From positions 2,666,001-2,730,000 of the forward strand of contig JAQGDQ010000002.1 in the NCBI GenBank assembly GCA_030141605.1: a stretch of 64,000 nucleotides of DNA, read 5' to 3'. Position 1 is the first letter of the stretch. Each line of letters opens with the position of its first letter. This stretch comes from Tubiluchus corallicola. Taxonomy: Eukaryota; Animalia; Priapulida. The position numbers and the translations under genes were made by a program. The notes beneath the pieces were generated by a model. The model did not search any database. It had not been told where the DNA came from and saw only the letters and a list, made by a program, of their open reading frames with translations. Shown here one piece after another: positions 12,658 to 25,400 of the stretch.

Positions 12658-15271
12658 ATGAAGAACTTTTGTGAGTTACCTGATTTATTTTATATAAGTT
12701 CGTTTAATAGTGGCGACTTTCAACAGCAATATTTTAGCAATTCGTCGTGTTAATATCTGATATGCATTCTGTAAGGGTTTGTCATGATATATGTAATTTA
12801 TGCATGTTATTAATCGTCGTGTTAACTAGTATTAACATGTTGCCAAACTCTCTAGCAACATTTTTCTTTTAGGTCTTTTGTTACTGTTGGCGCATTTAGT
12901 TATTACTGTAACTACTGTTCGCGCACAACCCGGCGACGACGACGATGACGATGATGATGACGACGATCGCAGAGGCAGAAGACCGCCTGTCCGACGCAGA
13001 CAAAGAATTCTTAGTGGCGATGATGATGATGACGATGGTCCACCTTTTGGTAGATTTCCTCTTCTAAAGAAACTGCTGCCATTTGATGATGATGACGATG
13101 ATGACGACGGCGATGGCATTGGGCCATTCGGCTTTGGCGGGAAACTACAAGAAGAAACAAGAAAATTCCTGCTTAAGAATGTTCAGAAGATTAAGGATAT
13201 TTTTAATGCTCCAAGGGGTGAATTGGACTGCGATCTTCTGGCAGACTTCAAAGCCCAAATTCCTAATCGTAAGTTCCATTTTGAAACTCTTTACTTTTCA
13301 CTTTGAAACTTAGCTTGAAGTATTTTAATTACTTTCTTAATTCCTGCAAATTATGAAAAATTGGTTTAATTAAGTTCTGTTATGTTTCAATATATTTAAA
13401 AGCAAATTAAAGGAAAGCGCAAAATTCATGCATGATTTTTTGCTGCAGTCGAAATCCATTGCGTCGCCCAATTTCCATCACATCCGCCCTCACCTTTTAC
13501 CTTTTAGCAATATTTTCTCTGTACCCACATTTTAATCTTTATTTTCGTTTCTAAATATCTTGAAGTCTTTTCAACTTCATACGTTCTTAACAACTATTTT
13601 CATTTTTACTACCACGCTTCAATATGTCTCAATGTATCGTGCTGTTTGTCTTAGTGTTGTTATAATGACTTGTCAATTCTATTTGTACCGTTATGCCAAA
13701 CACAAGCCAGAAAAAATCTCTAAACTACAGAGGGCTAAAATATGGAATTCTTTGTCAAATGAATTAAGAAGCAGTAGCAACAGCCACCTTAAAGCTTTTT
13801 ATCAAGGCTTGTTATAATTAATGGTATTACGCTTTTTAATTTCGTCTTTTTGAACAGCTTTTTGAATGTTTTGTCATGTTTTCTTTTTATTCAGATGTTT
13901 TTGGTATTAGCCTGAATATTGTTTGCAAACTTTACACCAATCAGGACCTTGTTCTAAACGAGCTTTACTCAATGAAGTTATCCTGAATAAATATATTTTC
14001 CTGTCTTATTTTATCTCATCTCATCTGATCTCAAACAAGAGTGTTAGGTTCGTTTTACTGCCTTTTAGTTTTTTTTATTTAAGTTGTTTATGATTTCTAC
14101 AGGCGAGGGTTTTGCAAAACGCTTGAGTTTCTTATGTCCACCCAAACTGCGTGAATGCGATGAGTGGACTGAATTCACAGAATGCACAGATAATTGTAAT
14201 GGCGTCCGGGTAAGTACACGTAGTTACTGAGTCTACGCACGAAGAGTCTTAGAGAACCGTTAAAGACAACAGCAACGGCAATGCGTAGATATGTGGTAAC
14301 AGAATAGCGCCACCTTGTGGTTCCTTTATTCACATCTATTCGGAAAAATGTTGCAGTTCGTGCTTGTCATAGCGGGATATACTTCAAACTCTAAATTCGT
14401 TCAGATGAATATGCATTGGTGGCAGTCCCTGATGATGGAATGAAGAAATGCAGCTTGATTGTTCACACATTCCTTGTGTAATATCTGTGATGGTAACTAA
14501 CAGAAACTAAGTAATTTAGCTTAATGTATGTTGGGAACTACTGGATAGCTTTCATATTCGTTGAAGGATTTTTATCCCGTAAAATTGCCATTTGTACATC
14601 TGATCTGTACATCCTCTTGGTCTTTCCCCACCCCATCTCTAAATACTTTACACAATCTGTTATAACTGTCTTAATGAACTTTGTACTGGAGATAAAAAAA
14701 ATTTTAAATTGAATTGAGTTTAGCGAAGTTAAGCAGACGTCTGTTTTACATTACTAAGATCCATTTACATTACTGTCTCCTAAAGTTTTATGGGTAGGAA
14801 TTATGGGTGCTTGGAGCAGCAAAGTACTTAAAGGGATGGATTATGCATTGAGAGCGAGAGGTCTAAGCGTTTCCCATCCCTAAAATGCTATAAGTTGCTG
14901 CATACATCAATGAAATGTACTTAGTGTAAAAAAAGTGTAAAAAACCTTATATACCATATAAATGAGTAGGTTTTTACTTTCAATTTAAAGATTTTATCAA
15001 TCCCAGTGACTATCAGGCATGTTTTAAATTAAGGCTTTTGCAAAATGTAGCCGTCAATTTGTGTAGCAAAAAACTACCTCAGACGTCCTATTACAAAAGC
15101 TGTTGTATTTTACAGGTGAGAACACGGTCCTGCACCTGCAAACTCTGTACAGATACCATACCTATTGCCAGGTACCTCCCCTGCGTGAATTTTGACCCAA
15201 CAGCCGCCAAAGACCGATGTGAGGATAGTAGGCATGCTACTTTAGAAGTTGAACCATGCAACTGCGAGTAG
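12658..15271 (+). CDS. Secreted acidic (poly-Asp) protein with C-terminal thrombospondin type-1-like domain (223 aa); exons 12658-12670, 12873-13268, 14103-14209, 15116-15271
   Basis: All introns are GT-AG with consistent phases and total 672 nt. Signal peptide MKNFCLLLLLAHLVITVTTVRA, then D11, RRGRRPPVRRRQR, D6 and D8 blocks, then CDEWTEFTECTDNCNGVRVRTRSC...EVEPCNCE* (WxxxxxCxxxC...RxRxC pattern). Confidence 0.88.
13600..14035 (+). mobile_element. Degenerate 3' end of an L2-clade LINE in an intron
   Basis: KIWNSLSNELRSSS motif typical of L2/Crack ORF2 C-termini, followed by AATAAA and a short (TCTCA)-like repeat tail. Confidence 0.5.
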
Positions 15272-16422
15272 CTCGCCTTCTTCCATGTTGATGGCAGTAG
15301 CAACTAGCGCCACAGTTGGTCGATTCTTCAGTTCCACAGATTATGCAAATCACAGCCCATTGTATTTCAATGGTGTCTAACTATGTTAGAATAATCGTAA
15401 AATATTATAAAATTATTAAAAGAACAGTAGAAAGTATTTTTGTTCACACGAATTTCTTCGCTAAGTTTTTTCATTAATTTAAAATTGCGAATGTTGACTA
15501 AATGTGACTACGTGTCAAAAGGACATAGCAATTAAGCAAGCAGAAGCAAAAATGATAATTACAGTCTACCAAACTGTTGTATACAATCGACTGAACAAAA
15601 TCATTACTTAAATTACTATAAATTAAATGAAATAATTAAAAAACTAATCAAGTTATAAGGTCATCACACTTCATTGAGGCCTAGTACTATACTATCTAAT
15701 AATAATGTTTGTAACTATATCTTAAGAAAGCATTTAAAATTTGCTGTGAGCAAAAAGCTTCAAAATCCTATGAGTGCAGCTCAGTCTACCATCACTAAGG
15801 TACTGCATTGAGCTGCACTTACATGACTCTCTCTTAATTTAGCGTTCATAATGTATAAAATATAGTTTTTAGTAATTAAATTCAAAAACTATCTACGTGT
15901 TAAGTTGTACACAAAGAGCAACGATGTAGGTATAAAGCTTATCTAACTGCAATAAATAGTGAGCAACAAAATAAACAATGTTGTTATGTCTATTAATAAT
16001 TATTATTTTTTTAAATTTGACTTACACACAATTATTATGACTGATTATTAAAATTATTGAACTAATGTCAGGTATAATAATAAATGTTGCCTCAAAGTTA
16101 TGAGTTCAATAACTTGCATCTTATTAAGTTGGCAATTTTGTAAATCAGTTACATGATAATGGAGGACTAAAATAGCTCTCATCTAATTACAACACATTCT
16201 TTTAATGCTTAGTTTTAATTACAGAATATTATAAAAATGATTTAATACATGTGATATAATGACTTAATGATATGATTGCTATATCACTGTGTTGTGGCAA
16301 TATATGGCAGTAATTGTTTAAGTTTCATTTTTTTATCCTTTTTTGCAGAATATTTGCAAAAGCGCTGATTATTAGTGAGTCCAAATTTCTGCTTGAACTT
16401 GATAAACGTTTCAGATGAGACT

Positions 16423-19400
16423 CTACTGCCACGCATTCTGTCGATTAGTATCTTCGAAACTCATAGATGGCGCCACACCTGGCAGTAATCTGCGCTCCCA
16501 TATTTCTAATGACCTTTGGAAGCCAGCGTTGAGACTAATATTAGGCCATCTCTTTTTCAACAAATTGTGAGCCCGATAAAGATTCATGTCATGGTATTTC
16601 ATTAAATACTGAAGGATAGCACAGACGGAACGTGAACTTCCATTTAGGCTGTGGACAAGTACATTTTTGTCTTTTCTCCTGGCAGCTTCTATGAATGTGG
16701 ATATATCCTCAAAGTAAGGCATCATATCTGTTGTCTCACAATCATTGACTCCCAGCCATAGCCGCGCTCTTGGATGAGATGTTTCTAAAGGACAAGTGCA
16801 AGGGCAGTCGCTCTTTCTGTGCCTTGGAATCTGGTGTGGTTCCATATTTGATATGTCTACTATACTTTCAATGTTCAGTTTGCAGAGAAGGTGCTCATTG
16901 TAGGCCGCTTCAATGTTACCAATGAATAGATTGTCCAAAATTTGCGAGCAACATTCATCTCGGTAGAATGCCTTTTGTGTTAGTTCCTGAAAAAAGAGAA
17001 CTTGTTAATGCCTTCTCCTTAGTTTAGAAGAAATACCAGTTCATCTTAGCCAACTGTCAGCAACTCAAAACAAATAATTCTGTGTTTAGATAGTACTTGA
17101 TTTGACTGCTGATGCAGTTCGTTACCTATGAATGTGATTTCTATTGCCAAGGATAAGTTGGCCCTCATAATGGAAAGGCAACTGCCGTCTTTTTGCAATT
17201 GTTAATTGGTTTTTTCTGTTAATTAATTAATTAAATTTTTCAGGCAAGCTTACATTGCTCATAAAACAATAAACCTAGTGTACAATGTAATACAAGAAAC
17301 ACAATAACATTATGTAGACAAAAGTTACAAAATAATAACTATTTATATAAAATTTATGTAGGTTTAACCATTTGTTACACAGCTTTGAATAAAACAAACA
17401 GTCACTGTTTACAATACCATTTATAAGCACATTACTGGTTATAATTACTCTACGTTTAATTGAATAAACAGTGTTGTGTAATAATAAATAAAACTATAGT
17501 ATAGCCAGGTTTCCCCGCATAGTTTTAGCAGAGCAATTAAAAATTTTCGTTGAAGAATCAGTTGAGTCTGACACGAATCTTACTTGATATAGTTTTTCTG
17601 AACGATCTTGAAACGTTGAGGATGATTTTTCAATTTTGCTACTGGCTTTTGCACCATTTGTAGGCGAATGTGTTGGCCTCACTCTGTACGTATTCTCTTT
17701 TGCAGACATTGTCCTTTCACCAAAGAAATGGCCCTGCTGATCTAAAACAGAATTACAATTGTTACAAATTTATCTAGAAAATTGATCAATATATAAATAG
17801 GTAAAGCAATCATATTCAATAAATAGCTTGTGTATTAAAAGACATGGAACCTTATTTTGTGTCAGTACTGAATGATTACTTTTTTAAAAATTCTCATCAA
17901 AACATGGTAACCGTTATACTATATTTAAATAAAATAATTGACAGTGCTATTAATATTGTTAACACTTTGTTACTGTTTAAGATAAGTCATTGTTTTTCTG
18001 TTTGTTGCACAGCTATATCTTCAGTCAACGTGCAGATGCAATGTTCAACAATCCGAATATGAGCTATAAATCCTGTGCTGCAGTTTCATTTCGTTTGCCT
18101 CAAATGCAAGGGCATTGATGAGTGGTAATTTTCGCAAATTTTAATTTTGAAATTTTGATATGCAGTTAAATATTAGATTAGTGGGCTCTCTATACTTCCA
18201 AATCTAACATACCTATAAAAAGAGGTGGTAGCATTGATATATTTACCTGGTACACCATGCGCCGCTGCAGTGACATCACTGTCCCTTGATCCACTGCGTG
18301 TTCTCATTGTGACAAAGGATTCAAGAAAGTCAGGAACAGGGATCTTGCCAATATAGTGGCTGCGATATGGCTCATAACTTTGGTACGAGTAGTAAGGTGG
18401 ATTCCACGAAATGGAACTAGCTAAGCGTTGACGTTCTCTGCAACACATACAAACAGAAGTAATAGTAATTTATTTCCAGCACACGTCCACCATGTGTGCT
18501 GCTCTTTCCAGTGCCTAGTAGTGGTTGTTTTTTTGGTAGGCATAGTTTGAATCTACTTAATTATCTTTTGTTTTTCTTTCTTGTGCACTCCTTCCTAGTA
18601 GGATGCAGCGCGGTCATACGAAGGCTGACTGCTCGGCCGGCGGCCCAGGGGAGGGCTCCGCAACACTGGTGTCGAAGTTGGGGATAGGAGTTCACAGTCA
18701 GTCGAAAGGACAAGTCTGAGTGCATGTCTAGAAACTGCTTCTTGGGCTGATTCTTTAGATTCGTGTTCTGCTTCATCTGTTAATTTGGCAAACCTAGCTA
18801 GCCAGCCTAACCAAGTGGCCTATTTACCTTCGTCTGTTCCACGTCCGGTGTCTGTAAGTCTCGCTAGCTTTCAAGACTCAGGCCTATCTCGTACTACGAA
18901 CCTGAGCAACCTAAATTTTATTTCGCAAGAAATGCAAAACTTGTCTACGCGCATAAATAATCAGTTTTCACAATTTTCTGAGCTTTTTGTTATAGCCCAA
19001 AATCAAATGCGGAATGAAGCCCGTCTAGAAGACCTGTCAAGTGTAGTCGCAACACTTATACAGGCTTTTTCTCAGGTCGCACCTAACTTTCGGAGCTTCG
19101 CGGCCCAGTGGGGCCTAAGCCTGGCCTTAGACTGGTTAGGGAACCGGCTGCGGTTCTCCCCCCACCGGTAATGATCCTGAACCTAATGGTTCATTCATTG
19201 CTACAGACTATGCGTATTCCCAGCGTCAAAATGCAGAACCGGCTACAGTGCCAAAAAAACCCTACTGAACCAGTTACGCGTGTTCGTTTTCAAGGTCAGA
19301 GAATGACACTGACCTTTCGCGAAATGACACTGACATTTCCACATTTAGTTTCGATTCTCACTTGTCCAGCGGCACAGCAATGGAACAAACTAATTCGTTT

Positions 19401-22400
19401 TTACCTTTGCGAACAATTTCAAATAATTCTTGCACGAGTGGGTTTGCTAATAAAGAATTTAAAGGGCTGCCACCTTATGATGGTGAAACAGTAACCTGGG
19501 AAAGCTACCGAGCTCAGTTTGAACTGCTTAAGCAGATAAGCTTATGGAATAACAGAGAAGCTGGGTTGCATTTAGCATTAAAATTAAAAGGCAAAACAGT
19601 TGGTGTTTTGGAAACGTTACCACCTAAGCAACGGTAGGATTATTCAGTTCTTTCAAACGCTTTAAGTCGTAGATTTGGATGCCAAAACAGGGAAAGCGTG
19701 TACAGAGCACATTATAACAGCCGCGTGCATCAAATCAATGGAGATTCGTCACGCATATCCTGCGGTGGATTTAAATTCTGCTGAACACCAACTCACTCTA
19801 AAATTCATAGACGGTTTGGGAGACCCTGAACTAGCAATACACGTGCAACAAAGTTCAACCACCAATTTATCAGATGCTTTAGCATCAGCGCTTTCAATCG
19901 AATCAATTCGCCTTACTGCTAAACGCACAGCAGAACTTTCTGAATCTGCCAAGGCGCATAAACATATGCTTAGAGCTCAACAACCTGTATTTGATTCACG
20001 TTCAATTTTTGGGGAACTGGCAATTTCGTATACTATAATTGCGGAGGTCATGGACTTTTTGCAAAGCAATGTCCAATTGTCCATCTCCTGCAGTTTCAGC
20101 GCAGGTCCAGCGTGGGCAATCGAGTCGAATACCTATAACATCAAATTCCGCAGCTCCAGACAGAAAAGGTTTCACCAGAGTCCAAATATGCAGAATAACC
20201 CTAGTACTAATTCAAACCAACCGCGTTGCAGTATTAGTCGTCCTCACCATCCGCCACGCTTTTCAATAGCGGGTGGAAGGAGACCGAGACAACCGTTCAC
20301 CCGCTGGCATAAAACTGCCTCTGAGCGTCAAGTTAAACCATCACTGCGCTATACAAGCAGTCTCATTAACTTTTCTGATGGCTTGTATGTGGCCGGATCC
20401 ATTGAGTTGGAAAATGAATTCGTACTAAACCCAAAAGAGCTACACGAGCATTGTTTAGCAAGCGCGGAAACCTTCGTGGATTCCAAACGTGCAAAAATCG
20501 CGAGAGCAGAAACTACGCTTCGCGATATAAACTTAGATTTTGCTCATAGCCCCTATTCTTGGCTTTTTGCAAACTACTGAGCAACCGCCACCTTGGGAAC
20601 AAATTTCTGCATTGATACCAGAAATCAAAGCACTCTGGCAACAATGGGGAGAATGGTTGAAAATGGCATTGTTCAGCACCGCTGGGAGTCTCCTCAGGGA
20701 AACATTGTACGTTATCAGCGGCTTGTTCCCCGCAATTTTCGGGAAAGCCTACTGACTGGTTTTCACAGTGACCCATCTGCGGGTCATTTTGGTCAAAATA
20801 AGACCTTTCCAAAACTTCGTGAATGTTATTTTTGGCCAGGAATGCGAAAGGATGTTAGGCTGTGGATCCGCTTTTGTCATGAATGCTGTAGTAAAAAGGA
20901 CCACAAAGAAAGCCACGAGCACCTCTGCAAATGTATCGCGTGGAAGCTCCAATGGAGCGAATTGCAACTGACATTGCAGATCCTTTTATGCTCTCAGACT
21001 TAGACAACAAGAACGTTCTAATTGCAATAGACTACTTCACAAAGTGGCCTGAGGTTTTTGCTATTCCGAACCAAAACGGTTGCATCAGTCCTAGTGAACG
21101 AGTTTTTCTGCAGGTTTAGACTACCAGGTGAGATACATAGCGATCAAGGTCGCAATTTTGAGTCGCGTATTTTCCAGCAATGCTGAGTTGCCATAAAAAC
21201 TTGCCATGATTAAAGTTTCGTGCGCAACAGAATGCTTACTCTATGAACTAATTATTCTTACGTCTTTACTTCACAAGATGTTGGGAATTGCCAAAATTCA
21301 ACCGGAAAAGCTATTAGCTTTGATAACATTAAGTAAAGTTTTAAAAAACAATCAGAGCATTCGTAGCATATAAATTGCTAATTAAGTAAAATTTTAAATT
21401 ACTGTATCTTGTCAATAAGATTAAAAATACGTTTTTCTCTAGTGAGTGATGCGCCCTCGAGGGTGAGTCAGCGACATTGTAGCAATTGGCACAAACATTT
21501 TAAATTATTAGTCTAGTTACATAAGTTTTTCCAGCAGGTGAGTGAAATGCCAAGTAATATAGATTTGCACGGAAAGTTTTTTGGGTCATAATTTAACATT
21601 TATTTTTCGTCCCCTGATTTACGTGGCGCAGCGACGTCATGTATAGTGCCGTCGCAACAGTATTGCGGGAGATTTAAAATGAAGACAAACGAAAATTCCT
21701 TTCAACGCGAATACGATATGTGCATAAAATTGCTGTAAAGTAATATAATTTCTTAAGCCGATTTTTCTGAAACCTACTTCAGGTGCCCCTTTTCTTGTTC
21801 TTTAATAACTCGGGCAATGACTAAAAATTTTTTCTTATGTCCTTTTAGGGGCTCCGTATCGTTAACCCCGATTCGAAAACCAAACAATGAAAGAAAAAAC
21901 TACATCAAGACAATTCATTTGATTATAAATCGTCGAAAAAGTCGGCATTGGGTCTATTGCAGAAAATATGCACATGAACTGACCGACTCTGTTTATAGAA
22001 TGAGCGTTACCATTCATGATCTTGAAAAAATGTCCACCGAACTTTTTTACAAACCTTAAACCTTAAGGATTACATGCATATATAATACAACAAATTAGCA
22101 TTCGATGCCAGATTTGAAGATTGTATTAGGTTTGCATTAATACGAAAACAAGTCAAGCCAGGGCAGGTGCGTTTTTTAGAGAACAAAAAATCTAATTTTA
22201 AAGCTGCTCATTTAGGGTACTGTAAATTTACAAGCTATATTTTTTTCAGTGTTATATCAGTGAAAAAACCTCATTTGTTGATATCATTAAGGCTAAACCA
22301 AATCGGGTTACAATTAATGACAGAAACCTACCTCTGTCTAGTAATTGGAAACCTACTTTTGTTGTTATATTTTAAGCCTCTACAAACAAGTGTTACAAAC

Positions 22401-25400
22401 CACATTATAACTGCTTGATTACTAAGTTACTAATTAATAGATTTCTCCGTTATAACGAAACGAATAACGCTATAAGGATTAGAATGAAGAAAACTATTTA
22501 CTGCTGCAATTCAATTAAAAATAGGCACACAGAGCAGATGCAAAATTCACCTTGTCGCCTCCACAGTACTTGCTGCCAGGTCTGGGCAACTTTTCCATTG
22601 GGCTTTCTGGAAATCGATCCGAATATCGTGAACGCACAGTGAATTTTGCAAAGATTTCTGGACCAGGAAGGAAATCGTTTTCTGCTTTTGGAGTTTTCTT
22701 TTTTCAGAAGCCGCGGAAACTAGTGGCGCGCCTGGTGGCAGAAAGGAAATTACGGGGTTCGGCGGTTTCTCCACGTCCACTGATACCTAAAAAACATCAA
22801 AGTAAGAATATTCATATAAAGAGTAAGTAAGGTAAGAAACCATTTGTTCTGTTAAAAGACATTTAACCATTATTCTTATTAAACATACAGATTAAGGCTG
22901 TATAAAAATTTCATATATTTGAATAATAAACTTTCTAAAATTTTATTTTGAATTGTGAATACAAAATACTAAGTACAGTAATTGCTTTACAAAAGTTTTA
23001 GGCACATAGTAAAACATGAAAACAAAACAAAACTGATATACCGTACCATTTTTAACTAATTACCTGCCAGCCAATCGCGCAAAGAACTCAGTGCATTTAG
23101 CACAGTTATCTAATTACCCCTTCCTAACCGACACCGGCTTTTCAAATATCGTAGACAAACTTTATAATTGTTTCATAATAACACAAAGGCGGAACCAGGA
23201 TTTTTGAAAGGGAGGGGTACAAATGTGACCAAGCAGAAAGGCGGCTGCGGAGCAGAAGACAGAAGATTGGAGTAGAAGACAGGAGTAGCCTTCCCAGTCG
23301 CTAGTTAGGGGATCTAGGAAAATGCATTTTCCTACTTTTAAGCCCATTTTTGAGCCTTCTGAAACATACTTAATGACTAAAATTTCGAAATGGTGACTAA
23401 AATTTTTGGACATTTGTGTCTTAGTTTGTTGTTACAATAACTGTAGCTGCTACTTCCTTGTGTAACAAATAACAATAAATGACATAAATATTCTTGCACA
23501 CCATTGCCCTTTATAATGCCTTATTATTGTTTTCTTGTTGTCTCTGCACTATCACTGTCATTAGCTTTCTTGTCAAAGTTTTTAGGATAATTTTATTAGC
23601 TCACGAGTTCTAAGCATCTTGCTAATTGCCAAAATTACAATGACTGCTTATTTTATTCAAGAAAATCTTATTTTATTTAAGAAGTATTTTTAAACGAACA
23701 TTTTATTTCTGTACATTGATATATTTTTCTTGTTTTATCCATGATTTTTTAAATAAAGTTTTTGCAATGAAGAGTAAAATTTCTGCACTTAAATAGCAAT
23801 TATTACAATAATTGGTATTAATAATTTAGTATTTTGTCAACGTTCAAGGCACCAATTCGTTAATAACCTTAACCACAAACACAGCTAGACGTGTAGCGTG
23901 AATTTACACCTACCCTGAATTATATAACATGCTTCCTAATTTCGCAAACCTGTTATCTAGGGTTGCAGTATTAAGTTAAATTTTCCGTCTTTACACTTAA
24001 CTTTTCAATATCAAAAGGGAGGAGTCCGAATCCCCTGGACCCACCTCTGGGTTCGCTTCTGGAACATTTTGTATTTAATAACGCAAGAAAAATTGATGAG
24101 AAAAATGCAAATGCTAAGTCTGGCTGCTGTACACTGCAAATTTACGTGTAAAAATGCGACCGGCAAATCTTTTAAGTTAAATGAGTGTGATTTTTATTCA
24201 AAAAGATCAATAATCTTTAAGCTAAATTTTAATGTGGTTACATATAGTATTGATGATAAAGAGAAGAATTGTTGGAAATCGTTTTGCGACGTTTGGCTGT
24301 TTGCTACATTTGCAGCTGCTGCTGTTAACTTTTCTTGCCTATTTCTTTTCTCCTGCAAATTTTTATTATTTGTGAATTTCATTTATATTTATGTATTTAT
24401 ATATTTATTTGTGAATTTTGAATTTTTCTTTCAATTGCTGCTTCAACGTATTGACTATTAAACCATGATGACAACAGTAATCAACATGGCTACCAGTAGC
24501 AAATTTATTGCAGACCCAAGTCACAACAAAAGTTAGCAAGGAAAACGCTTTAAACACGAAAACAGAATTCACTTAAATGAAATGGCAAAATTCGCTTAAC
24601 GAATATTATCTCATCTTTTAAAGATTCAGTCCTGGTTTTATATTTTCAGAACGCCGAGAAAAAGAATAATAACAGCAGTAAACACCAACACAACAACATT
24701 GCCAGAAGTGAAGAGTATGTGAGCCTAGATAGCAGCTTCAAAGTTTTATCATCGCGAGCAAGCTGCTGAATTAACAATGCTTCTTTAAAGAATGGTAATG
24801 AGACGACGAAAGGAAAACATCTAATGTTTATTTGTGCTCTTTAGCGTTTGCTTAATGCTTACAGCTATTTCTAAAAAGCAGCTTTTAAAGAAATTAAAAG
24901 AAGAAATTTTACAGAAATGTCTAGAATTAAACCCAAACCAAATGATAAGCATATTAACAAAAAACCAGCAGCAGGGTTTATCAGTCAAGATTAAAATGCA
25001 TTGATGATGTGTGCTAAACTATTAATAACATTTCTACAAAGAAACCTAACCCAAAATTTATCCTGGTTTTGAACAAATACAAGTTTATGTATTGCCCCAT
25101 TCCAAAGGTTGCTACGCTTAGTTGGAAAGCTTTACTAACGCAAATATAAAATAAAAATACTAACAAAACTATGCAGCAAATTGGAACGCTATATCCTGCA
25201 CAGAAGCCTAACTTTATATAACTTCATACAAAATGAGAATCACCAAGTTAAATATTCCTAAGCGCACAGATAATAAATGTTGCAAAATTATTATAAATTC
25301 TTATTCGTTCGCCATTCTTTAGACAGGATCGTTTCAGCAGATGAGACAAGATTAATCGAACTGTTGATGATAAACCGTATTTCGTGTGGGAGAATTTTAG

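Noticed and set aside
18477-18501. Hairpin CAGCACAC...GTGTGCTG near an intron acceptor
   Set aside because: A single 8-9-bp stem is expected by chance in 64 kb and has no supporting context.
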